64,000 bases of DNA from Candidatus Multivoradales bacterium. Lineage in GTDB: Bacteria; Acidobacteriota; Thermoanaerobaculia; Multivoradales; JAHEKO01. Location of the stretch: contig CBDCXF010000001.1 of the NCBI GenBank assembly GCA_965223755.1, positions 1,487,356 to 1,551,355 on the forward strand. Reading direction: 5' to 3'. This document shows, piece after piece, positions 51,752 to 60,453 of the stretch (the first letter of the stretch is position 1; the number at the start of each line of letters is the position of its first letter). The translations under genes were made by a program, and so were the position numbers. The notes under the pieces were generated by a model that did not search any database, was not told where the DNA came from, and was given only the letters and a program-made list of their open reading frames with translations.

Positions 51752-53626
51752 TTACCAGCTGTAGCCGACCCCGATGTCGACCATGTCGGCATCGTAGTCG
51801 TCGAAGTCAAACCGGACCTCGTCGTAGTCGACCGTGCGGTAGCCAAGTTGCAGCACGTAGTCGTCAAAGACTCCAACCTCGATGTAGCCGCGGAAGTCGT
51901 CCCGCTCAAGGCCGAAGGAGCCGTCGTTCTCGTACATGCGTACCTCCGCACCAAGCGTCAAGCGGTCGTTCGCCTTCACCCGACCGCGAGCGTCAAAGAA
52001 GCTCGAGTCAGCTAGGTAGCGAATGTCGAAAACGTTGGTGAGAAAGCCAGCTTCCACCGCTTGGCTGACGCTGCGCTCAGCATCGACCGCCGAGTACCCC
52101 ACCGAGAACGAGAACCGATCGTCGCTACGGCCGAGGCGCACAGCGGTGATATCGGTATCCGACACCCAGCCGGAGTCATTGTTCTCGTAATCCTTCATGG
52201 TGAGGGACCCTGATGCGGTCCATCCATCGCCGAAGCGATAACGGCCACGCACCCGGTAGCGGGAGCGGTCGGTTGGTGTGGCGAGGGTGAACGGATCGTC
52301 GAAGGAATTCTCTTCCAAATCGACGGTCAACTGGAAGGCCTTGGACGGGCGCCATGCCGCCCCGGCATAGAAGCCGGTGCGATCGGTCTTTTCGTCCTCG
52401 GTCTTGCCGTCGCTACCCAGTGACCACTCGGCGTCGACATCGCGAGATTCTTGCGCCAAACCGACGTGCAAAGTGAGCTGCGGCGAAGCGTAGAACTCGA
52501 CCCCAGCGCTGAAGCCGGTGGTGTCGATCTGCCAGTCGCCGCTGCCGAGATTGCCGGCCCAGGCAAATGTGCCATCTTGGTCGACGCTCTGTTGGCGAGC
52601 ACCAGCCACCAAGGCGACCCGGTGGGTCGCCAAATAGGTCAGCTCGATCTCAAAGCGGTCGGCATCACGATCGACCGAACCACCGCCGGTCAAGCTTTCG
52701 CTAAACGGCAGGCCGCGAAAGTCGAATCCTTGCGATTCGAGGCTGGCGCCGGCGTCCATGTCCAGACTTTGGATCAGGCCGCTGACGCGGATGTTGAGCT
52801 TGTCGTTGGGATCGGCTAGCAAACGCACCACGTGGGTGTTACTGGACAAGTCGTAGGGTTGATCGAGGAAAAAGAAGTCGAGAATTGTCGCGTCTTCAGG
52901 ATCCTCACCCAGTGAACGCCCCGGCAAGAAGATGTCGTAGGCGTTGTCGTAGTCACGGACGCGCTCCTCCAATACCAACGTCGCCTTGTCCCATGCGTAG
53001 CGAAACGCGCCGTAGTACGAGTTCATCGACTCGTGAATCGGACGATCGAGCTCAAACTCGTCACGCGAGACGTCCAGCGTTGTGGTCGATTCGCCGCGCT
53101 TGGTAAACCGATCCATGCCAAACGTCAACTGTGCCGCCTGGCTCAAGTTAATGTCGAGCTTGGCGCGATCTCGCACGCGCTCAAAATCGAAGGTGTGGAA
53201 GTCGCCGGCATTAGACTTGGTCGGATTAAACAATGCCGGTGGCAGCAGCATGTCGTAGTAGAAGTAATCGGACTTGGTGCGGTTGTACGTCAGGTTGTAT
53301 TTGCCGTACTTACGCACGCCGAAGTTGATGGCCTCAAAGGGGTCGCCGCCGAGATTGGTGACCTCGAGCCGCACCTGGTCGGCGAACTTACGGTTGCTAC
53401 CCTGGGGCACCAGGTTGAAGTGAAAATCGAACAGGCGTGGTCCGTCTTCGAGGTTGAAATCTTCTTTGAACTTACGATCGGCGCCGTCGACATCGACGCT
53501 GCGAACGCCAATCGAGAAGCCTCCGGTGAACGTTGTCTGGGACGGCTCATCGGCAGCCAGCCCGGTGACAAGCAACAAGCCGGTGGCGAGGCCAATCAGA
53601 CTTTTGATCTGTGCAGTCTTCATCAT
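51752..53626 (-). CDS. mtrB: MtrB/PioB-type outer-membrane beta-barrel
   Basis: Signal peptide; alternating beta-strand pattern; start KFKEDFNLEDG; terminal aromatic YSW; directly downstream of the decaheme gene. Confidence 0.8.
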   Translation of the reverse strand: MMKTAQIKSLIGLATGLLLVTGLAADEPSQTTFTGGFSIGVRSVDVDGADRKFKEDFNLEDGPRLFDFHFNLVPQGSNRKFADQVRLEVTNLGGDPFEAINFGVRKYGKYNLTYNRTKSDYFYYDMLLPPALFNPTKSNAGDFHTFDFERVRDRAKLDINLSQAAQLTFGMDRFTKRGESTTTLDVSRDEFELDRPIHESMNSYYGAFRYAWDKATLVLEERVRDYDNAYDIFLPGRSLGEDPEDATILDFFFLDQPYDLSSNTHVVRLLADPNDKLNIRVSGLIQSLDMDAGASLESQGFDFRGLPFSESLTGGGSVDRDADRFEIELTYLATHRVALVAGARQQSVDQDGTFAWAGNLGSGDWQIDTTGFSAGVEFYASPQLTLHVGLAQESRDVDAEWSLGSDGKTEDEKTDRTGFYAGAAWRPSKAFQLTVDLEENSFDDPFTLATPTDRSRYRVRGRYRFGDGWTASGSLTMKDYENNDSGWVSDTDITAVRLGRSDDRFSFSVGYSAVDAERSVSQAVEAGFLTNVFDIRYLADSSFFDARGRVKANDRLTLGAEVRMYENDGSFGLERDDFRGYIEVGVFDDYVLQLGYRTVDYDEVRFDFDDYDADMVDIGVGYSW

Positions 53627-53632
53627 GACCTC

Positions 53633-54559
53633 CTATTGCAAGAAGTAAGGATCGAAGTTCGATCCGTGGATTGCGGAGTGGCAGTTGACGCAGTTGGTCG
53701 TGGTGTCGAAGCGCGGCGGAGCCACCGGGCTGAAACCAGCGTGGAACTGCGGCACTTCGGCATGGCAACTGAAGCAAAGTTCGCCCCCATCTTGGTTCGC
53801 CAGCATGTGGCGATTGGGAGAGCCATGAGGTGCATGGCAAGCCGTACAACCTTCGACCATCACCGAACCGTGTTCGAACACAAACGGTCCTTCTTTGTCG
53901 GTGTGACAGCTAACGCAAGGCTCCTTGGCCGTGCTGCTCAGCATCGCCCGCTGCGCCGGAGCATGCGGATCGTGGCAAGAAGTGCATTCCAGAACGCCCT
54001 CGTGCAAGCGATGGCGTTCGTTGAACTCGAATTCGACGAACGCCTCCTGATGGCACTCGTGACACGTGGCTGACGAACCTCCAACGTTCGCCAACTTGGC
54101 CGCAGCTTCGATGCCTTGCAGCAAGGGCGGGCCGGCCGGAGTGGCACTGTGAATCGAGTGGCAGTCGCTGCACGACATGCCTGCTTGGGCGTGTGGCGAA
54201 GCAACGTAGCGGGGGTGCGAACTCTGATGACAGCTGAGGCAGGCCGCCTCGGTAGGCAGGGCGTCGTCGAAAGTGAACATGGTGCCCTCACCACCCTCTT
54301 CCTCGAGGTGCTGGGTGGCGTCGCCATGGCAAGCCTCACAGCTCACCCTGGCCGCAATTCCAGCCTCTGACAAGCTCCAGTCGGTGCCTTCAAAGATTGA
54401 GTGGGGCCCCAGTCCGGCTGCCTGAACGTACTCCTCGTGGCAGTCTCCACAGACCTGCATCGCGGTCTGCGCGCCTTCATCTTCGGTTTCGGTGGACCTC
54501 GCCAACCAAGGTGTAGCAACAGCGACTGTTGCAGCTAGGAATAAGATCTTCCACCGCAT
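53633..54559 (-). CDS. mtrA: DmsE/MtrA-type decaheme cytochrome c
   Basis: Ten CxxCH motifs (CGDCH, CEACH, CLSCH, CSDCH, CHECH, CTSCH, CVSCH, CTACH, CFSCH, CVNCH); GPFVFEH; signal peptide; RBS AGGAGG. Confidence 0.92.
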   Translation of the reverse strand: MRWKILFLAATVAVATPWLARSTETEDEGAQTAMQVCGDCHEEYVQAAGLGPHSIFEGTDWSLSEAGIAARVSCEACHGDATQHLEEEGGEGTMFTFDDALPTEAACLSCHQSSHPRYVASPHAQAGMSCSDCHSIHSATPAGPPLLQGIEAAAKLANVGGSSATCHECHQEAFVEFEFNERHRLHEGVLECTSCHDPHAPAQRAMLSSTAKEPCVSCHTDKEGPFVFEHGSVMVEGCTACHAPHGSPNRHMLANQDGGELCFSCHAEVPQFHAGFSPVAPPRFDTTTNCVNCHSAIHGSNFDPYFLQ

Positions 54560-54732
54560 TGACCTCTGACCTCCTGTTCTGAACAACACGAGGTTGCGGA
54601 TACGTCGATCGCGGGGTTGTCAGCCCCACTGACACTTAGCCCAACCTGAAGGGTATTTTAGCATGTGGTTGGCTCATTCTCGGGTAAAATTGGATTGGAG
54701 TGGACTGCTCCTCATAAATTGAAGGACTGACT

Positions 54733-55128
54733 ATGAGAACCTCCAAAGAACTTACTCCTGCCTTGTTTCTGGCTGGATGTTGCGCGGCACTCGTGTTCGT
54801 GCTCGCCTCGGCAGTCGGTGCCGAAGAAACAAGCGGCGATGAGGCCGAACAACTCTTCGTCGAAACCTACAAATGCGTGCGTTGCCATGGGGTGGCGAGC
54901 GCCGGTTTGGAAGCTACTTCAGAAAAGATGAAGAGCACTGACCTTGGCGGCTACACCAGCGACGATATGGCCACCTTGACCAAGTTCTTGCGCAAAGAAG
55001 AACTCAAAGAAGACGGCACCAAACACAAGAAGACTTTTGACGGCAGCGACGAAGATCTAGCGACGATTCTGGATTGGCTAGGTACTCTGGAAGCCAGTTC
55101 GTTGGAATCCGCTCCGGAGGATGGGTAA
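54733..55128 (+). CDS. Periplasmic monoheme cytochrome c
   Basis: Signal peptide; single CVRCH; RBS GAAGGA. Confidence 0.85.
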   Translation: MRTSKELTPALFLAGCCAALVFVLASAVGAEETSGDEAEQLFVETYKCVRCHGVASAGLEATSEKMKSTDLGGYTSDDMATLTKFLRKEELKEDGTKHKKTFDGSDEDLATILDWLGTLEASSLESAPEDG

Positions 55129-55137
55129 GGAGGTCCG

Positions 55138-55740
55138 ATGAACCTGCTTTTCCTGTTGGGCGCGGTCGCCGGCTTGGCCGCGCTCGGCCTGGCGCTGACC
55201 CCTAACTTCTCCGTCGGACGGCGCGGAGCGATCCTCGGCTTTCTAGCCTTGTTTGCGCTCCCGCTCTTGGTCACCGCCCTCAACGCCAACGTTCATTTGG
55301 AACACTCCAAGTCGACCGACTTTTGCCTCTCATGCCACGAGATGGACGACTACGGCAAGAGCATGTTGATTGATGACAGCGAGTATCTGCCCGCGGTGCA
55401 TTACCAGAATCATCTAGTTGATCCGGATCACGCCTGCTACACCTGCCACACCACCTACACCATGTACGGCGACATCGACGCCAAGATGAAGGGCGTGATG
55501 CACGTATGGGTGCACTATTTCGGGAAAGCACCGGACGAAATTAAACTCTACGACCCCTATAACTCGCGCGAATGTCTCCACTGCCATCAAGGTGCGCGTT
55601 CGTATGAGGAAGGGGAAGACCACATCGACGAAGCCGAAGCTATCGCCTCAGGTGAAACCAGCTGTCTGGACTGTCATGATCTGGTTCATGACGTGGACGA
55701 GATCGACAACTTCGACCTGTGGCAGGAGGGGGCGCGATGA
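55138..55740 (+). CDS. NapC/NirT (CymA-like) membrane tetraheme cytochrome c
   Basis: N-terminal TM segments; STDFCLSCHEM, CYTCH, CLHCH, CLDCH. Confidence 0.88.
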   Translation: MNLLFLLGAVAGLAALGLALTPNFSVGRRGAILGFLALFALPLLVTALNANVHLEHSKSTDFCLSCHEMDDYGKSMLIDDSEYLPAVHYQNHLVDPDHACYTCHTTYTMYGDIDAKMKGVMHVWVHYFGKAPDEIKLYDPYNSRECLHCHQGARSYEEGEDHIDEAEAIASGETSCLDCHDLVHDVDEIDNFDLWQEGAR

Positions 55741-55940
55741 GCTTAAAGCAAGGTGCCGTGTTGTCACCGAAGGGCGCCAAAATCGTGCGCGCCTCGGCAA
55801 TCCTCATTGCCATCGGAATCCTGGTGCAAATGATGACTTTGAGCTGGGCCAAGCCGACCGGTTTCTTGGTCTTCGCGTTGGTCGGCGCGGGGCTGGTCGC
55901 GTTGGGCGTGCTGGGGTTCCTCTGGTCGCGCTTCGTTTAG
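55737..55940 (+). CDS. Small 2-TM membrane protein coupled to the NapC/NirT gene
   Basis: ATGA overlap; GGAGG RBS; 67 aa with two hydrophobic segments. Confidence 0.6.
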   Translation: MSLKQGAVLSPKGAKIVRASAILIAIGILVQMMTLSWAKPTGFLVFALVGAGLVALGVLGFLWSRFV

Positions 55941-55996
55941 TTCAGCGACGGCAGCGATTACAGACCGCGGCGCTCCTTGCGACCGCGTCGCTTTGC

Positions 55997-57805
55997 ATGC
56001 TGACTCCTCTTACCGCCGAGGAAGGGTCTCCAGTCCAGGTTCGTTCTCAGCTACCGCCGATACCGACTTGGCCGGGCGAGACTCGCAGCCTCATCGCCGA
56101 CGCAGCTGACCCTTGGGTCACTCCCGCTGAAGCTTCCGGCCTTACGCGCACGCCGCGCTATGCGGAGACCGTCTCGTTTGCGCGCCGGCTGGCGGAGGCG
56201 GCACCTGAGGTGTCGATGGTGTCCCTCGGCCAGAGCGACGAGCGGCGCGACATCTGGATGTTGGTCGCGGCCGGCGGAGCATCCACGCCCGAGGAAGTGC
56301 GAACCAACGGGCGTCCCACGGTCCTGATCCAAGCGGGAATCCACGCCGGCGAGATCGACGGCAAAGACGCAGGCTTGATGCTGCTGCGCGACCTGACGGT
56401 CGGGGGTAAGGATCCCGAAGAGCTGCTGCATAGAGTGAACTTCCTGTTTATCCCGATCTTGTCGGTAGATGGACACGAGCGCTTCTCACCCACCAACCGC
56501 TTCAACCAGCGCGGCCCGGAGGCCATGGGATGGCGCACCAACCGCCGCAACCGCAACCTCAACCGCGACTACGCCAAGCTCGATACTGCGGAGATTCGGG
56601 CGGTGGTTGCGGCCATCAATTCTTACCAGCCCGACCTCTACGTCGACGTTCATGTCACCAACGGCGAGGACTATCAGTACGACATCACGTACGGCTGGAA
56701 CTTCGGAGGATGGTCGCCGGCGATTCGCTCCTGGCTCGACGACCGCCTCCGGCCGTTCGTCGACAGTGAACTGGGCACGGCCGGACACATTCCAGGCCCA
56801 CTGGTGCTCTCGGTCAACCACCGCGACCTGTCCGACGGCTTCTGGGGTTGGTCCGCTGGGCCGCGCTTTTCCAACGGATATGGCGATGCTCGGCACTTAC
56901 CCACGATCTTGGTCGAAAACCACTCGCTCAAGCCCTACGACCAGCGCGTGCTCGGCACTTACGTGTTTCTCCGCAGCGTCCTGCGCCTGTTGGCCGAAGA
57001 CATCGAAACTTTGCGGACCGCCGTTGCGTCCGACAGTGAGCGGCGCATGCCAGAGGTTCCCCTGGCATTCGGGCCCGGACCCGACTCTGCAGTGGAACTG
57101 GACTTCGCCGCCATCAAATCGCGGACCCGTCACTCTGAGGTCACCGGAAGCGAAACCATCGACTGGCTAGGCACCGGCGAGATCCAAAAGGTCAAACGTA
57201 TCGACATGGATCAGCCACTCTTTCCGATCGTTCGACCCGCCGCCTACTACATTCCAGCGGCCTGGGCCGACGTCGCCAGTCGGTTGCGGCATCACGGAGT
57301 CGAACTTGAAGAGATTCAAGAGCCCTTGACGGTCGACGTCGAAATGTACCGTCTTCCGGAAGCCCGGTTGGCAGACGACGCAAGCCCGTCCCTGGTCGGG
57401 GCGACCAACCCGTTCGAGGGTCACGCTCGCGTCGATCCTGGAAGGCCGAAGATCGAAGCCCACCGGCGCACCTTCACTCCGGGATCATTCAAAGTGTCGA
57501 CCGACCAACTTCTGGGCGACTTGGCGGTGCTCCTGCTCGAACCGCAGGCGCCCGACTCGTTTTTTCAGTGGGGTTTCTTTCTCGAGATCCTCAACCGCAC
57601 TGAGTACTACGACGATGACGCCATGGAGGCCACCGCCGCCCAGATGCTTACTGCCGACCCCGACCTCAAACGAGCTTTCGAGGCCAAGCTCGCCGAAGAC
57701 GCGGAGTTTGCAGCCGATCCAAATGCGCGGCTGATGTGGTTCTACCGCCAGACCCCGTACTACGATGCGGAGTACCTGCTCTACCCGGTGGCTAGGTCAC
57801 ACTGA
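55997..57805 (+). CDS. M14 family zinc carboxypeptidase (start uncertain, probably slightly upstream)
   Basis: IHAGEIDG, DGHER, NRNLNRDY, DVHVTNG; signal-peptide-like stretch in frame upstream of ATG 55997. Confidence 0.85.
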   Translation: MLTPLTAEEGSPVQVRSQLPPIPTWPGETRSLIADAADPWVTPAEASGLTRTPRYAETVSFARRLAEAAPEVSMVSLGQSDERRDIWMLVAAGGASTPEEVRTNGRPTVLIQAGIHAGEIDGKDAGLMLLRDLTVGGKDPEELLHRVNFLFIPILSVDGHERFSPTNRFNQRGPEAMGWRTNRRNRNLNRDYAKLDTAEIRAVVAAINSYQPDLYVDVHVTNGEDYQYDITYGWNFGGWSPAIRSWLDDRLRPFVDSELGTAGHIPGPLVLSVNHRDLSDGFWGWSAGPRFSNGYGDARHLPTILVENHSLKPYDQRVLGTYVFLRSVLRLLAEDIETLRTAVASDSERRMPEVPLAFGPGPDSAVELDFAAIKSRTRHSEVTGSETIDWLGTGEIQKVKRIDMDQPLFPIVRPAAYYIPAAWADVASRLRHHGVELEEIQEPLTVDVEMYRLPEARLADDASPSLVGATNPFEGHARVDPGRPKIEAHRRTFTPGSFKVSTDQLLGDLAVLLLEPQAPDSFFQWGFFLEILNRTEYYDDDAMEATAAQMLTADPDLKRAFEAKLAEDAEFAADPNARLMWFYRQTPYYDAEYLLYPVARSH

Positions 57806-57811
57806 CCCTGC

Positions 57812-57910
57812 ATCCGCCTGAGGCGGATCGAGTTGCGGCGAAGTGGAATAACGCCACTACGGTGGTCCGCAATAAGATCCGCGAACCACCGTGGACCGCT
57901 AGCGCGGTCG
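57812..57910. terminator. Stacked hairpins between convergent genes
   Basis: ATCCGCC-TGA-GGCGGAT (57812-57828), ACGGTGGT...ACCACCGT, GACCGC-TAGC-GCGGTC. Confidence 0.5.
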
Positions 57911-57921
57911 CAAGGTCGCTC

Positions 57922-58395
57922 TTACCAGAAGATCACCACCAGGATGCAGATCAGGACCGGGATGGTGATGATCACCGTAATCCAGCGGCAGACCCAACGC
58001 AGCACCCAGACGCAGACCCACTTGATGCAGCAGACGATAAACCCGAACCAAGTCCACGGGTTGATCCAGATGATGCGCCGCCAGCACACGATGATCGCGA
58101 GCGGCTGGCGCACCCAGGTCCTTCTGCAGACCAGCCTCACCACCACATAGGTGATGAAACCGATCCAGCAACAAAGTAGGATTCTCCCTCCCCAAAGAAG
58201 CGACGGATAGCGAAACAGAAGAGGCAGGGCCAAGCCCTCTCCCGAGGCGAGCGCGCCAAAAAGGCTGTTGAAAGCGTGCGCCACCAAGTTGTAGGTGACT
58301 GCGATCGCTCCCAAGCCCTCTAGCGCGTGGGCAAAGTCATCAAAGACCCGAGCATTGGGGTTGCGCGCGACATCCGCGCTTTGTTGTTCGCTCAC
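57922..58395 (-). CDS. Orphan 157-aa Trp/Cys-rich hydrophobic protein with a symmetric Cys ladder
   Basis: RBS AAAGGAGG about 5 nt before GTG 58395; 9 Cys and 12 Trp, almost all after residue 67; downstream hairpins. Confidence 0.7.
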   Translation of the reverse strand: MSEQQSADVARNPNARVFDDFAHALEGLGAIAVTYNLVAHAFNSLFGALASGEGLALPLLFRYPSLLWGGRILLCCWIGFITYVVVRLVCRRTWVRQPLAIIVCWRRIIWINPWTWFGFIVCCIKWVCVWVLRWVCRWITVIITIPVLICILVVIFW

Positions 58396-58850
58396 GAACA
58401 CCTCCTTTGGGTTCGGCTCTGCCCGGCGGGGGCCGCCGCGACCGAGCCAATTGTCGTCGTAAGACCAGCTCAGTGTAAGTGTTTTGCATAGAGAGCGCAA
58501 AACAACCCGCCCGTGCAGCACTCAAAAAGATCCGAAAGATCGGTGGATCACCGCTACGGAAGAAGGCCTGATCCGCATTTTCGGCTTCAAATTAATGCGG
58601 ATCCCCACCCCACTCCCCTACCCCCGCGGGGATGACTAACTAATCCCCGTTGGTGACCCCGAGCGACCTACTTGCTTTGGTACTCCTGGGCGGAGGCAAC
58701 CCCGCATCCGCCGCCTTCAGAGGCATCCCCACAAGCACCTGGCAAGCCGCGAGCAGGTCACTCGGGACTGGGTGCGCAGTGGGGCTGAGGTGGGCGCCTA
58801 CGGTGCGAAGTAGTCATTGCGCCCACCGCCCTCTTGAGCGGCGGATTTAG

Positions 58851-60233
58851 CTAATGGTTCGGTTCGCGCTCCAGCCGTCGACCTCGTCCCACCGTCCCCA
58901 CGAACTCGCCATCCCGTACCGCAACTTCCCCGCGCACGGTCACTGCGCTCGGTCGTCCCTTGATCTCCCAGCCTTCAAAGGCGCTGTAGTCGGTGTTGAT
59001 GGTGTGGGTCGAGGCTGAAATCTCACCGCGGTAATCGGGATCATAGACCACCAGGTCGGCGTCGGCCCCCGGCTGGATCGTGCCTTTACGCGGGTAGAGG
59101 CCGAAAATCTTGGCCGCCTGCGTGGAAGCGCAGTCGACGAAGGTCTGGAGGTCGAGGCGCCCATTGGCGACGCCCCGGGTATAGAGCAGGTTGACTCGGT
59201 CCTCGAGGGCTGGAATGCCGTTGGGGATCAAAGTGAAGTCGTCCTTGCCCATGGTTTTCTGATCGGCGAAATCGAAAGGAGCGTGGTCGGTCGCCAAGGT
59301 ACTGATGAAGCGCTGGCGCAGGCCATTCCACAGCACTTCCTGATTGGAGCGATCGCGTAGCGGCGGCGACATGACGTACTTGGCGCCTTCGAAGTCGGGG
59401 CGCTCAGCGTAGGTCATGTCGAGCAACAAATATTGAATCAATGTCTCCACCCACACGCTGACGCCGCGATCCTTGGCCCGCATCGCCGCCGCCAGAGCTT
59501 CAAGACAACTCAAGTGCACCACGTAGACGTGGGCGTCGTGGAGTTCGGCGAAGGTCATCAAGTGCTGGGTTCCCTCAGCCTCGATCAGGGGCGGGCGCGA
59601 ATGGTAGTGCCATTCCGGACCGTTTTTGCCCTGAGCAATCAGTTCCTTTTGCAGCTCGAGGACGGCATCTGCATTCTCACAATGGGCCGCGGTGATGACG
59701 CCGAGTTCCTTGGCCAGTTTGAGCGTGTGGTAAAGCTCCTCATCCGGAACCCCGAAGGCGCCTTTGTAGGCGAGAAAGACTTTGAATGACGACACGCCCT
59801 CCTTTTCGACGATGTGCCGCAGTTGTTCCGCCGCACTGTCGTCAAAGCGGGTCACCGCCATGTGGTAAGTGAAATCGCACGCCGACTTGCCCCTGCTTTG
59901 GCTCTCCCAAGTGACAAAGGCATCGCGCGGTTGTTCATCGCGGCTGGGAATGCAGAAATCAATGAAGCAGGTCGTACCGCCAATGAGCGCTGCGATGCTC
60001 GCCGTCTCGTAAGTATCCTTCGAGAAAGTGCCCATGAACGGCAGGTAGATGTGGGTGTGCGGATCGATGAAGCCTGGGAAGACGTACTTGCCGCTGGCGT
60101 CGATGACTTCCGCGTCGGGTGCCGCCTCCAAGTCGGGGCCGATGCGCGTGATGGTTTCGCCTTCGCAGTAGATGTCGGCGTGGTAGCGCTCGCTGGCGGT
60201 GACCACCTCTCCGTTTTTGATCAATAGGGCCAT
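58851..60233 (-). CDS. hydA: Dihydropyrimidinase (D-hydantoinase)
   Basis: PGFIDPHTHI, SSFKVFLAYK, AHCEN, YVVHLS, YVMSPPLR, ATDHAPF, IPNGIP; RBS AGGAGG. Confidence 0.93.
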   Translation of the reverse strand: MALLIKNGEVVTASERYHADIYCEGETITRIGPDLEAAPDAEVIDASGKYVFPGFIDPHTHIYLPFMGTFSKDTYETASIAALIGGTTCFIDFCIPSRDEQPRDAFVTWESQSRGKSACDFTYHMAVTRFDDSAAEQLRHIVEKEGVSSFKVFLAYKGAFGVPDEELYHTLKLAKELGVITAAHCENADAVLELQKELIAQGKNGPEWHYHSRPPLIEAEGTQHLMTFAELHDAHVYVVHLSCLEALAAAMRAKDRGVSVWVETLIQYLLLDMTYAERPDFEGAKYVMSPPLRDRSNQEVLWNGLRQRFISTLATDHAPFDFADQKTMGKDDFTLIPNGIPALEDRVNLLYTRGVANGRLDLQTFVDCASTQAAKIFGLYPRKGTIQPGADADLVVYDPDYRGEISASTHTINTDYSAFEGWEIKGRPSAVTVRGEVAVRDGEFVGTVGRGRRLEREPNH

Positions 60234-60453
60234 CGATTGTGCCTCCTGGTCAGGATGATTCGCGTCGCTTCGCAAGCGACGCCACAGGCTGCGCGCAGTT
60301 GGGCTCGGAAGTCTCGCTGCAAGCGCTCTGGAAGTTGTTCAAAGTCTTGGCAGATCGGCATGCAGCAGCGCGAAGGCGAGTCGTCATTTCGAAAGTCCAA
60401 TCACGACAAGCCGTCTTCTGGGTCCAACTGCGTTTGCCACCTACTATCCGTTG

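Noticed and set aside
55592-55996. 135-aa N-terminal extension of the M14 peptidase
   Set aside because: It overlaps the NapC/NirT gene and the small TM gene and reads as shadow sequence. Only the last 20 or so residues look like a signal peptide, so the true start is unresolved.
57899-58195. Alternative frames over the Cys-ladder gene (57899-58195 minus; 57833-58150 and 57862-58179 plus)
   Set aside because: They lack a comparable RBS. Their Gln/Thr or Asp/His bias is the expected shadow of the TGG/TGC/GTC/ATC-rich codons of the chosen frame.
58400-58850. Known riboswitch (c-di-GMP, cobalamin, TPP, SAM, purine) or 6S RNA
   Set aside because: I could not find their conserved cores on either strand by eye. 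Kept only as an unassigned structured region.
60234-60453. Small gene between mmsA and hydA
   Set aside because: Only two ORFs of about 45 codons on the minus strand, without a clear RBS or motif. The gap holds a GCGTCGCTT-CGC-AAGCGACGC hairpin and looks non-coding.
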